From contig NC_134034.1 of the NCBI RefSeq assembly GCF_964204645.1, positions 8,630,962 to 8,694,961 of the forward strand: a stretch of 64,000 nt of DNA, read 5' to 3'. Below the pieces are notes generated by a model. The model ran no database searches, was not told the origin of the DNA, and saw only the letters and a program-made list of their open reading frames with translations. This document shows, in pieces, positions 36,846 through 49,600 of this stretch. A program made the position numbers and the translations under genes. Numbering within the stretch: position 1 is the stretch's first letter; every line of letters begins with the position of its first letter. Source of the DNA: Tubulanus polymorphus. Lineage: Eukaryota; Animalia; Nemertea.

Positions 36846-39800
36846 ATGGATAGTCTGTCTAACATAAAGTCCGAAATCATAGATCAAATGGGGTTAAAAC
36901 TAAACAAACATTCCGAAATGATTCAAAATCTTGTTTTTAGAACAGAAGAAAGATTGTATGACCTTGAGCAGAAATTTATTGAAAAGGACCGAATTATCAA
37001 TGACTTAAGGTCGGAAAATGCTAATCTGTCGAGAGAGTTCAAAAATGAGAATAAGATACTTCATAGTGAAATCACTAAAGCACGTACTCTTGCGGTAGAA
37101 AACAACCAATATTACCGCAGAAATCACATCAGACTATTCGGAGTATCGGAGAACACCGACGAAAACTGTACAACAGTAGTCACAGAACTTCTAAATGAAA
37201 AATTATCTCTTGCAAAAGAATTAGTAGCACAGGATATAGAAGTTGCTCACCGCGTGAAATCCAAAAATCCACACTATGACACTTCTGGGAAAGAATATCC
37301 AAATGGAATCTTAGTTCGGTTTGTAAATCGCAACATGAGAGATGACATAATAAGTAAGCGTTCGCAACTGAAAGGTACAGGAATCGTCATTCGTGAGGAC
37401 CTGTGTCCTGAAATCGCCAGCCTAGTTAACCGCGCTAGAAATTCGAAGCTATTTACCAGTATATGGACTATTAAGGGAAAAGTCTATATACGTATTCAAT
37501 CTGGATTTTACAGCGTCGAATCGACCAATTGATAATATATATATATTCATATTTTTGAATATCGGATGAATAGACTTGTATGGTTTCGTTTTTATTCATG
37601 ACTCGTATGAATTAATATTCGTATAACATACAATTTTCGGATTGGATTGCATGATTGGATTTATTCGCTTCAACACGAACAAGTAACACACAGTATTTAA
37701 GTTTGTCAGTATCATATCATATGCCCTGAACTTTCTGGATAAAGGGACATTTATTCCTGATCAGATTCTATCCTTGCCAAATTTCCTAATTAAAGCTTCA
37801 TTTATTAAATTTCCTAAGTAAAGCTGCATTCATTACGTTATTTATTTTTATTTTTCCTTTCTTTCTTACATTTTTTTGTATGAATTTTTCAAATCTATTT
37901 ATATATATTTTTGTCTTCAAATTATGGGTAGGATTGTTTTGTTTCAATATGTACTATCAGGTTAATTATCTATATTTTGGTGTTTTTAGCGTGCATGTAA
38001 GTCATAATTCATTATTAAATAGGGGTTTATTATATTAGCAAGTTAGCAATGTATTTGATTATTCATGGATGATTTTACAACCATTGAATCAAACTGTAAC
38101 TATTATGATAACTTGTCCTCATTTGAAAAAGCTAGGTTTTCAATAATACATTGTAACATAAGAAGTTTGAATAGTAACTTTGAAAATCTAAAGATATATC
38201 TTAACTCTCTAAATTATAATTTTTCTATTATTGGTATTTCTGAAACATGGACCTCGTCTGATCATGATAATGATTGTATGTACAATTTAGATAATTATAC
38301 TGGTATTTTTAATAGTAGAACTAATGTACGGGGAGGAGGTGTTGCTCTCTATATCCACAAATCGGTTAAGCACAGGTTAATTGACGAATTTTCCCTTGTA
38401 ACCCCAGTGTTTGAAAGCCTTTGTATTGAAATTACAATTCCTGAAGACAGCTCAAAATGTATTGTTGGACTTATTTATCGCCCACCTGATCAGAGTATTA
38501 TACATTTTAATTTTAATTTTGCACCTAATTTAGAAAAAATAAGAAAATCTCAAAAGTGTTTTACCATGGATGATTTCAATATCGATCTATTGAAAGTAGA
38601 CTCACATAACCCTACCAATGATTATTTGTCTTTATGGTTGTCAAAATATTTTCAATCTTTAATTGATAAAGCAACTCGTATTTCAAAATCCTCTGCGACC
38701 TGTATTGATCATATATTTTCCAATATTACATTAAATTTTGACATCTTATCTGGTGTATTAATGCATTATATTTCAGACCATTTTCCCATATTTTTTGTTA
38801 TTCCTAGCATAAGGTATACATGTAACTCTGTTAAAACTGTACAGTATCGAATGATGTCAAATTTTGCTATTGCTTCCTTTAAACGTAAACTAATGACAGT
38901 AGATTAGAGTAATGTTTTGAATGAAAATGACCCAAATTTAGCTTACTCTTTATTCTTTAATACTTTTGTAAAATATTATGATGAATTCCTTCCTGTTATA
39001 TCTCGAAAGTTTCTTCTTTACAAAGATAAAAAACATCCTTGGGTTTCAAAAGGTTTACTAAACTCATTAAAACAAAAGGACCGTTTATATAAAAGATACG
39101 TTTCTACCCATAGACAACATGATAGAGAGGTATACACTAGATATAGAAATATTTATAATACTTGTATTCGAACAGCCAAAAAAATGTACTATCAAAATTT
39201 GTTCAAGGATGCGCAGTGCCCAAAAGATACATGGAAAATAATAAACAACCTTATCAAAAAGTCAAATGACAGAAATTATCCTAATAATTTCAAACACAAG
39301 GACATATTTTATTCTAATGATTTTTCTATTGCTAATGGTTTTAATACATATTTTGCTAATGTCGGACCGAATTTAGACAAAAATATTCCATCCACAAATG
39401 AGTCATTTTTCTGATTTTTTGGGACCTTCGCATCTTAATAATCTATTTTTTATGCCATCATCTCCTTTTGAAATTGAAAAAATTGTATTAAGTCTTAATA
39501 ATAAAAATAGTGCTGGACATGATGGTATAAGCCAGAAAGTTTTAAAGGAGGTTATTGATGTTATTTCTATCCCGCTTTGTCATATCTTCAACAGAAGTAT
39601 GTCTGCAGGTATTGTACCAGAGTTGTTTAAAAAATCTAAGATAATCCCTTTATTCAAATCAGGAGACCCCCAAGAATTAACTAACTACAGACCCATTTCT
39701 GTTTTACCTTGCATTTCAAAAATACTTAGTATATAAAAATTAGTATACAAAAATTAGTATATAATAGGCTTTTAAATTACTTGGATGAATATAAATTTAA

Positions 39801-40997
39801 AATTATCTCTCCTCAACAGTTTGGCTTTAGGAAAAATCATTCCACCTACATGGCTATTATGCTAACCATTGACAAAATTATTAGTAGTTTAGACAATGGG
39901 ATGTCAACCATTGGTGTATATTCAGATCTTTCACGGGCCTTTGATACTGTAAACAATGATATTTTATTGTATAAACTTTTTCATTATGGAATCAGAAGAG
40001 TAGCTTTAACTTGGCAAAACTTAAACAAACTTTGCTTATAAATATTGATAACATTCCCATAACCCAGGTTAAAGAAACAAAATTTTTAGGTCTACAAATT
40101 GATGATAAACTATCTTGGAAATCGCATATTAATCGTAAATCTATGAAGTTAGCCCGATTCATTGGTATCACCAGCAAATGCAGTTATTTTTTTGTCCAAT
40201 GAAACGTTATTACAGATATATCATTCATTTATATATTGTCACTTATCACATTGTAACATCATTTGGGGTAATACATATCAAGCTTCCCTTGATTGTCAGG
40301 TTAAATTACAAAACAGAGCAATTCGTATAATTTGTAAAGTAGATTACTTAGCCCATACCTCCCCCTTATTCAAAGCGAACAAAATCTTAAAATTAAATGA
40401 TATCAATTTTTGGCAAAGTGGACAGTTTATGTATCTTTATACGAATAACAAACTACCTGATGTTTTCAAAGATTTCCTCCCTCCATTTGTGACTATGCAA
40501 CGTACTCGATTTGATAGCAACAGAAATATTAGATATGAACAGTTTAAATCGAACTTAAAAAAATCTTCTATAAAAGTAAATGGACCCAAAATTTGGAATA
40601 GTTTATCACTTCATTTAAAAACCCTGCCATCCATCAATAGCTTTAAAACACATTTAAAGGACAAATTGCTTTCTTCCTATTAGATAATTACAGATTTTTT
40701 GATGACCCGCATTAAATTTTTTATGAATTTTGCAGTAAGTTATTTTTCAGATAGTACATTTTTGTATGTGTGAGAGAGTACATTGAAGTATGAATGAATC
40801 TTTTTTCTTTTTCTAATGTTACACTTTTTTGGGGGTGGTATATTCTACAAGCTATGCTTTTTTATATCTTCCCCTCTGATAAATTATGTCAATTTATACT
40901 GAATTTGTGCAAAAACATGATAATTTATAAATTGTATATTATTTGTTATAAATTGCTATAATTTTCAGAAAATAAATAAATAATAATAAATAAATAA
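36846..40997 (+). mobile_element. CR1-group (Crack/Daphne-like) LINE: ORF1, APE-RT ORF2 with internal RT deletion, (AAT/AAAT)n tail
   Basis: ORF1 NQYYRRNHIRLFGVSE..AHRV..IREDL. APE HCNIRSL, ISETW, IYRPP, SDHFP. RT NYRPISVL, QFGFR, DLSRAFD, then a jump near 40010 to TKFLGL. Tail at 40970-40997. Confidence 0.9.
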
Positions 40998-41279
40998 CTA
41001 GTCCCATTGTACAGGAATCTTTAAGGGTAGTATGTACTGAAGGCATAAAGAATGAAAAATTTGATCTCAGAAAATTAAAAAAGTGACTGATATCATTAGA
41101 ATTTCACTATCCATCGATATTTATGAACCATTATATTGAATATGAAGTCTCTGAAAGCAGGTTTTAAGTGTTTTCGATATATACTTCTGAGAACTTCGCT
41201 CTGAGTAATTTTCATGAGATTTGAAGACATTGATGGGACCAATGTCAGAAATTTTGTTCCATATTACATGGAATGACCC

Positions 41280-43069
41280 TGAAGGGAAATGTTGTCAATG
41301 TTCCTTCCGAGTATCACAATTATAGACTATTGCTTACACATCTGCATATGTGTGCAAAAATGTAAGACCAATGGCAGTTATCGCAGCATTACACTGGCTG
41401 ATAAAGAACAGTGCGTTATGTAGAAAGTTGCCCAAATCGAAATAGATGAGGACGGTGTTCAGCGAATATCTCCAGATGCTACAAGTTATTTATGAAATGA
41501 CACTAATCCTAATCCAAATAATAGCAAAACTTTATATACAAGCAATTAAGATCAATTGCATCCATCCAAGAGTAATGAAAAGATGATGACAAATTCAGTG
41601 AAATTGACGAGAATGAACTTATTTCAGGTAATTTAGATACACTTTTAGATGCCATTGATATTGACGGAAGTACCATCATCAGTCCAGCCCCTGGTCAGCA
41701 CCAGAATCCTAGAAGCTTATTCCATGACGAAGATGCAGCATATCTAGCATTTCCTACTATTTTCTGTGGTCAACGTCCATTGCCAAACTTTCAACGATCA
41801 CGTCCTGTTCATTACAGTGAAGATGCACGTGGGAGCTTCGCAACATAGACAGGCGAGCAGCTTCTTACATTCAAAATCTTTTCTCTAAGGTTAAAAAATT
41901 GCAAATCAAGCCAAATGCTGATACGGTTGCCCTCGTAAGGTTAAAAAATTGCAAATCAAGCCAAATGCTGATACGGTTGCCCTCCTAATTAGAAGATGAA
42001 AAGCTCAATTTAATCTATCAGAACTATCAGAAACTCACCGGCATATTTAGAAAAACGAAAGAAAGATTTATTTGCTTTAATTAGACAATTAGGCTTAATC
42101 CACTTGGTTTTAATCATTGTCTGCTGACACCAAATGGCCTGATTTGCTTATCATATCGGGAAAAATTGTTGAAAATAAAGTAAACCCTACTTCGGCAATT
42201 GAAGCAATGACATGGTTTGATAAAACTCAACTAGCGCAATCAGAGCCTGTTACTTGTGCTAGTTTCTTTGACAACCGTATTCAATGTTTTATCAAAAATG
42301 TAATCCAATCTACTTCTTTACCACTTGGTAACATACGGGATGACTTCTACCGCATTGAATTCCAAAATCGAGATTTCACCAAATGATCATATGCTGGCAC
42401 GGGTTTCTCATGCCCCTGTAGATGGCTGTGGTGCGGATGAAGATATAACTAGGTTGATGGATTTGTCTCTTGCATTGCTTATGTACATGCAACGGATCCT
42501 CACTGTTTACATTTTCAAGAACACAAACACAGCCGAACATGTAGGAAAACTTGCAAACCAAAATGCAGATTGCAGATTGCAGATTTCCCCATGCCTCTTC
42601 CATAAAAGTATGGTCTTGACACCATTAGAGCCAGAGTCCATTGATATAGATTATCCTGATCCTGACACACATATATAAAACATACATGATTATCAAAACA
42701 TGTATCAACCTATCAAACGAGAACTTGATTCTGGTGTTTGTGCTAACATGAATTATGATGAGTTTTTAATGCATTTGAACTTAACAGGGGAACAATACAT
42801 ATAAGCCAAATGCAGTTCCATTAAGGGTACTAAAGTACATGTATACATCAAACGTGAGCCTTCAGAATGTAGGTTAAATCCTTACATGAAGTATTTGCTA
42901 TCATGTTGGCAAGCAAATCATGACATTCAGACGGTTCTAGACCCTTTTAGCTGTTGCTGTTAATATAGTCGCTTACATTAGCAAAAGCAAAAAAGGAATG
43001 AGCTCACTTTTGGATCGAGCTTGCAAACAAAGTAGAACAGAAAATAAAGACTTGAAGCAACAGGTTCGT
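41280..43069 (+). mobile_element. Helitron Rep (HUH) region, decayed
   Basis: KGNVVNVP, LAFPTIFCG, YRTIRNSPAYLEKRKKDLFALIRQLG, ADTKWPDL, YRIEFQNR, WQANHDIQTVLDP. 50-bp tandem duplication at about 41886-41985. Confidence 0.85.
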
Positions 43070-43074
43070 AGTAA

Positions 43075-44306
43075 AATCATCAAAATTATCCAATTCCTAA
43101 TAATTACCATCAGCTAAACCAGTATCATAGTAATAGTTCTGGTAGACCTATCACCAGTAGTGGAAACAATCGTCGCGATTATAGGAATAATCAAGGTTCT
43201 GACCAATTTCGCGCAAATTCCCATCAGGATCGTTGAAGACGCGGGCCTATCCAAAGGCAAGCTGAGACACCAGAGGAAAGGCGAGTAAATGAGAAACCGG
43301 TCGTTAACATGGCGGTTCCTATGGAACGAAATACTTGCGTGGTTACTTTAAATAAAAAAGTGATTAACGCTTTAATTGATACTGGGGCACAAATCTGCTG
43401 TATTGCAAAACATACATTGGACAAATGCAAGCTATCAAGTAACATCGAAGTATTCATCCATTGTGGGCGTTGGTGGTGAAACCCACGAGGTTTTAGGAAA
43501 AATTAATTTACCAATCACATTTGGAAGTTCCTTAACTCTCAATTTTGATTTGCATGTATTTAATACATTACACCACCCACTCATAATTGGATGGGACTTC
43601 ATGGAAAAATTTAATGTTTCCTTAATTATGGAAAAACGTCTTCTAACCATAGGTGATCGTCATATTCAACATAGTGATTCAAATCTTGGTTTATCTAAAA
43701 CTAAACGCGGTGTGGTTATTCCCCCTCTTTCGACCAATCGTGTTCCACTGACTGTCAAACACCTTAACCAAACCTACAGATGTGCTTTTACTAGAACCTG
43801 TTAACACTTTGTTTAAAAACAAACTTGCCGGTGCTCGTACCCTCTCAAAATATGAAATAGGCAGTGTTGAAGTAATGAATCCCACAGATAATGCAGTTTT
43901 ATTCCTAGGAATAAAGTGTTAGCCACGGTTCATGCTGTTGAAGCACATTCTATATCTGAATTGTTAGATACTGCATATGTCTCCGCAGCATCACCCTTAT
44001 CAACTTCGGTGAATCAAGACACTCCTAATATTGAATTTAACATTTGTTCAGAGGCCCTCTCAGAGGGTTAACGTCAAACTCTTCACAGGTTATTAATTCG
44101 GAATAGAGACATATTTGCTACTGATATCTCACAGTTAGGTTGTAATAGTCTTTATAGTCATAAGATAGACACAGGTGATCACCCTCCAATTGGTCACAGA
44201 CCCTATCGTTATTCTGTACCGATGACAATGAAATTGAGGCTAAAGTTAAAGAAATGGTAGACAATGGCATAGTGGTACCAAGTACGAATAGGCTGCTCCT
44301 GTGGTC
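43075..44306 (+). repeat. Duplicated internal Gypsy segment (gag end, protease, RT start), apparently identical to 47814-49045
   Basis: Same ORFs at a constant offset of 4739 bp (43224/47963, 43376/48115, 43691/48430). Confidence 0.95.
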
Positions 44307-44312
44307 CTGTGT

Positions 44313-44770
44313 CCCTTTTAGCTGTTGCTGTTAATATAGTCGCTTACATTAGCAAAAGCAAAAAAGGAATGAGCTCATTTTTGGATCGAGCTTGCAAACA
44401 AAGTAGAACAGAAAATAAAGACTTGAAGCAACAGGTTCGTTACCGTGGGAATACGTTGATAAATGCATGTGAAATTTCGGCACTGGAAGCCTCATATTTT
44501 GCTTTACAATTTACTTTAACGCGTTCTACTAGAGAAGTCATTTCAATTTCTTCATCTTCTGAAACTGAAAGGACATTTCTTCTTAAGTCAAACGATTTGT
44601 TCCAAAAACTGCGTCCCCTCTACAGATACACTGTCGTCTAATATCATCAAACGATATTTAAAAAGACCGAAGCCCATAGAGAATTTTTTTTTGGCCGATT
44701 ATGTTTCGAAAATAACAGTAACAATGCCGAAGAAAAGAGCAGAGAATGAACGATTTAAAGATAAATTAGA
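44313..44770 (+). mobile_element. Helitron continuation after the Gypsy-derived insert
   Basis: IVAYISKSKKGMS...EISALEASYFALQF.LTRSTREV...ERTFLLK. The first 128 bp duplicate 42942-43069. Confidence 0.8.
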
Positions 44771-44829
44771 GGATGATATCATTAAAAGCCATAGTATGGG
44801 CTGAGGATACACTGAGCACACCGTCCACG

Positions 44830-45240
44830 GCCAACAGATACCGCTATCAAATTCTACCAATCCTCGGGGTTACTTTTTCGTCTAATCTACACTGGAATCT
44901 GGGAATAACAGAAAGACTAATTAAGGCAAATAAAAGAATTGGAATATTAGCTATTCTGAAACGAAACCGCGTAAAAACGGAATATGTACTCACTGCTTTT
45001 AAATTACTGATTCGATCAATTTATGAATACGGAGATCCAATACTGGTAACTTGCCCACCTAGTCAACAAGACTTCAAATACATCAAAAGAAATGTTTACG
45101 AATTATTCTAGCCGACCGCGCTATACAACGGTAGGCCTTCATAAGAGACCTCGAATAGAAACTGTCGAACAGCGCTTCAAACTTTTAACGAAAACGTACG
45201 TGAATTCCAACCGAAATAACCCAATATTAAAGGAGTGTCG
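44830..45240 (+). mobile_element. LINE RT C-terminal fragment (Jockey/I-like)
   Basis: LGVTFSSNLHW...KANKRIGIL...FKLLIRSIYEYG. Confidence 0.6.
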
Positions 45241-45879
45241 TTTTGCGAGGAGTGTTTTACGATATGTCGAGTCCATGGCCGTCCTCAGATATCGTGGAGG
45301 CGATTAAGACCATTCTATAGCGCGCACACTGCTACGAACCGCTACCCGCTTAGTCGGAGAATTGATTGAACGATTTCTTGTGTTGTACGAATTATATACA
45401 TAGCCCGTATCTAGGTCGCTTCCCCTCAGACAACACATCACGTGAACCGAACGTTGATAGAGTGCGATCTCTATAGATGAATCACTGCGCACTCGCCATA
45501 CAAAGCGTCATGCATGCAGTAAAACTATTTACTCTTCTTAATATGTATCTAAGAAATGTACATAATAAGCATTATTTATCGTAATTGAAAAGTATTCATA
45601 CTTATATTATTTCATTTACTCTTGTGATATCTATGTCTACGAAAATGTACATATTAAACATCATATATAGAAATCTCGAAGTATTCGTACTTCATTGTAA
45701 CTCCGTTTGACGGAAGAAAACTATAATTTTTATGTGTATTAAATTGAATTTAAAAACTACTTAAAAAAGAACTCATGATAACCACCAACTACTACAAATA
45801 ATCACTAACGCGCTCCTGATAAAACAGAATCTTTCCACCAGTACCTTTACATTCATACAATTACCACATCATCTATCAT

Positions 45880-46678
45880 GCCGTACATAACTTATGATTT
45901 CATCCTTCATCATTTAATCTTTATTTCTTGTATCATTATAACAAAAGAATTCTTATTATATTATTCCAAATATTCTTTCATATCATATTTCATATTAATT
46001 ATAAATTGTTGCCATGAATAATTAGTTCTCAGTTAGTTCTTAGGTTTAGTTCATGTTAATTAGTTTGCACCAACATGTCATCAATAATTAACAGATTGTT
46101 GGGTCGCTCAGTCTTGTTGTTGGGCAGACTACAATGTCTGGACACCTGAGTATCGGTGACAACTCGGTCGTTTTAACAATTATCAATAATTAACGCGCAA
46201 ACTTGTCAAGAACCGATCAACGCAAGTCTCAGCTGGTGTTCTGCCAAAGGAATATAAACTCTGGAAAATAGAGTTTGATCATTCATTATTCCATCGACAG
46301 AATACAGCTAGACATTACGTTGATCCGTCCTTGTTTCTCATTTATTTTAAAGGTAAACGCATTTATGTAGTTCAAATATTTTTTAAAGTGACTTATAGTT
46401 CAATGTTTTTAAATTAACTTGTAGATATTTAATTTTCTAAACTTAATTGTAATTGTCATCATAAGAAATAAATTATAAGGACTTATATATTACACCTATG
46501 ATTTTCAACATCATTTATATTATTATATAACCTGTACTTTTATGCTATGATATCTTTATATGAACTTGTATAGAGCATTCATTATTCCATCGACAGAATA
46601 CAGCTAGACATTACGTTGATCCGTTCTTGTTTCTCATTTATTTTAAAGGATATTTTGGAGAAGGCTTTCACGTCTTCA
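45880..46678 (+). promoter_or_regulatory. Putative Gypsy 5' LTR with TATA box and initiator (left boundary uncertain)
   Basis: TATAAA at 46253 and TCATTC at 46279. It ends CTTCA at 46678, just before the PBS. Confidence 0.55.
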
Positions 46679-46681
46679 TAT

Positions 46682-46695
46682 TGGTGGAGAACGTG
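46682..46695 (+). other. Primer-binding site, tRNA-Ala-like
   Basis: TGGTGGAGAACGTG, 3 nt after the LTR end, resembles the complement of eukaryotic tRNA-Ala 3' ends (TGGTGGAGAATGCG). Confidence 0.6.
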
Positions 46696-46699
46696 ACTC

Positions 46700-49600
46700 G
46701 ATGCCGAACGCGAAGAATCCCATAAACCAAAATTACCGGATACCAGTAACCAGAAGTCAAAGCGCGCCTACATCACCCACCGTACCGACACAACAGAACA
46801 GAATACCAATAGTTCAAGAACAACAGGAGGAGGATTTACAACCAGAAGTAATGACGATGCCGCTAGGACGTCTATAATCCTTTGATGGACACGTACACGG
46901 ATGTAGAAATGTGGGTACACACAAACGATAATGTGTATGCAATAATAATACCTAATGTGTATTGAATAACATTGTGGAGGCAAAAAAGCCTCAATTACTG
47001 GCCTTTTATATGCATGGTCCAGCGAAAACATGGCTATTTAATTTGCCAGCAGATGATAGAATCCATCCAGTTATCAATGAACGTCTCATCGAAAGATTCA
47101 AAAAACATTATTGGGGAGATTTGCACGATATCCATCAAAAAGACAGCGAAACTACTGATGATTATCTACATAGTGTAGAACAGATATCAGTAGGAGCGTC
47201 TACTGAGTTTATGTTAGATATGGCCAATAGGGGCCTTAAACCTCAGTTGCAACTACCCGCTCGTCTAAAAGAACACAGCAACTTAGAAGATTTGCGTAAA
47301 CTCATGAAGAACGTACAAAAAGCGGCCACCACAAATATACCAACCGTGGCAGCCGTTCATCAAGACAATGGCCAGTCAAATTTAATATTGGCTGCAATTA
47401 ATCAACTGACCAACACAACTGACGAACAGACTTCGGAGTGTAATTTGCAAAATATCGACCAAATTGCATCCCAAGTAAGAAACAATGCAAACTCGATCGC
47501 CGCAGTAGCAGCAGCTTCAAGTCGTCTGCAACAGATTGATGGTAGAAGATCGATAAATCTATGTCCGAATTTTGGTAAGTTGGTACACTTTTCTGGTGCT
47601 TGTCCCGCTTTGAGTAAACCTTGTTTTAAACTTGGCGAAACGGGTCATTATAAAGATATGTGTCCAGACAGATATATAAACGATAATCCAAATAGTTATT
47701 CGAATCCGATTAGTAATGGGTATCTGAATAGTAACCCAAATAATTATCAATATCATCATCAAAATAGTTATCGAAATAATCGTCAAAATAATCATCAAAA
47801 TGGTTATAGAAATAATCATCAAAATTATCCAATTCCTAATAATTACCATCAGCTAAACCAGTATCATAGTAATAGTTCTGGTAGACCTATCACCAGTAGT
47901 GGAAACAATCGTCGCGATTATAGGAATAATCAAGGTTCTGACCAATTTCGCGCAAATTCCCATCAGGATCGTTGAAGACGCGGGCCTATCCAAAGGCAAG
48001 CTGAGACACCAGAGGAAAGGCGAGTAAATGAGAAACCGGTCGTTAACATGGCGGTTCCTATGGAACGAAATACTTGCGTGGTTACTTTAAATAAAAAAGT
48101 GATTAACGCTTTAATTGATACTGGGGCACAAATCTGCTGTATTGCAAAACATACATTGGACAAATGCAAGCTATCAAGTAACATCGAAGTATTCATCCAT
48201 TGTGGGCGTTGGTGGTGAAACCCACGAGGTTTTAGGAAAAATTAATTTACCAATCACATTTGGAAGTTCCTTAACTCTCAATTTTGATTTGCATGTATTT
48301 AATACATTACACCACCCACTCATAATTGGATGGGACTTCATGGAAAAATTTAATGTTTCCTTAATTATGGAAAAACGTCTTCTAACCATAGGTGATCGTC
48401 ATATTCAACATAGTGATTCAAATCTTGGTTTATCTAAAACTAAACGCGGTGTGGTTATTCCCCCTCTTTCGACCAATCGTGTTCCACTGACTGTCAAACA
48501 CCTTAACCAAACCTACAGATGTGCTTTTACTAGAACCTGTTAACACTTTGTTTAAAAACAAACTTGCCGGTGCTCGTACCCTCTCAAAATATGAAATAGG
48601 CAGTGTTGAAGTAATGAATCCCACAGATAATGCAGTTTTATTCCTAGGAATAAAGTGTTAGCCACGGTTCATGCTGTTGAAGCACATTCTATATCTGAAT
48701 TGTTAGATACTGCATATGTCTCCGCAGCATCACCCTTATCAACTTCGGTGAATCAAGACACTCCTAATATTGAATTTAACATTTGTTCAGAGGCCCTCTC
48801 AGAGGGTTAACGTCAAACTCTTCACAGGTTATTAATTCGGAATAGAGACATATTTGCTACTGATATCTCACAGTTAGGTTGTAATAGTCTTTATAGTCAT
48901 AAGATAGACACAGGTGATCACCCTCCAATTGGTCACAGACCCTATCGTTATTCTGTACCGATGACAATGAAATTGAGGCTAAAGTTAAAGAAATGGTAGA
49001 CAATGGCATAGTGGTACCAAGTACGAATAGGCTGCTCCTGTGGTCATGGTTAAAAAGAAAGTTTCTAAAGAATGGCGCTTTGTCATTGATTACCGTTCCT
49101 TAAATGCTTGTACGAAACCAATTAACTTCCCCATGCCTAAAATGGAAGATGTTATTGATGCGGTCGGCCAAAAAGAAACCAAATTCTTTTCAAACTTAGA
49201 TTTAGCATCTGGATTTTGGCCAATTCACATGGACAAAGATTCTGAAGAACGCACAGGGTTTGTGACTCACGAGGGTCAATATCATTTCAAAAAGATGTCA
49301 TTTGGTTTAATTAATGCGCCCATGTCCTTTCAAATGGTTATGTCCAAAGCTTTACAGGGTGTTCATTGGAAATATGTCTTGTGCTATGTTGATGACATTT
49401 TGGTTTTAGTAGTTCCTTTGAGGGAAATTTACTTCATCTTAATAGGCATGATTCTGGGTCAGATTGATGATAAAGGTAAACACTATGTAGTTAGTTAAGG
49501 CGGTCGCGCTCTTGGGCCGTCAGAACAGAAATGGAGTATCACTGAGAAAAGAGTGTTTAGCTATCATTGAAGGTGTTGAGAAATATGGTGAATATTCACG

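Larger units (their letters stand above)
33058..41279 (+). mobile_element. Sola2-type DNA transposon (internally deleted) carrying nested Penelope and LINE insertions
   Basis: TIRs GGGTCATTCC(G/A)TGTAATATGGA start at 33058 and end at 41279. 4-bp TSD TGAA at 33054-33057 and 41280-41283. Transposase remnants at 36090-36566. Confidence 0.85.
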
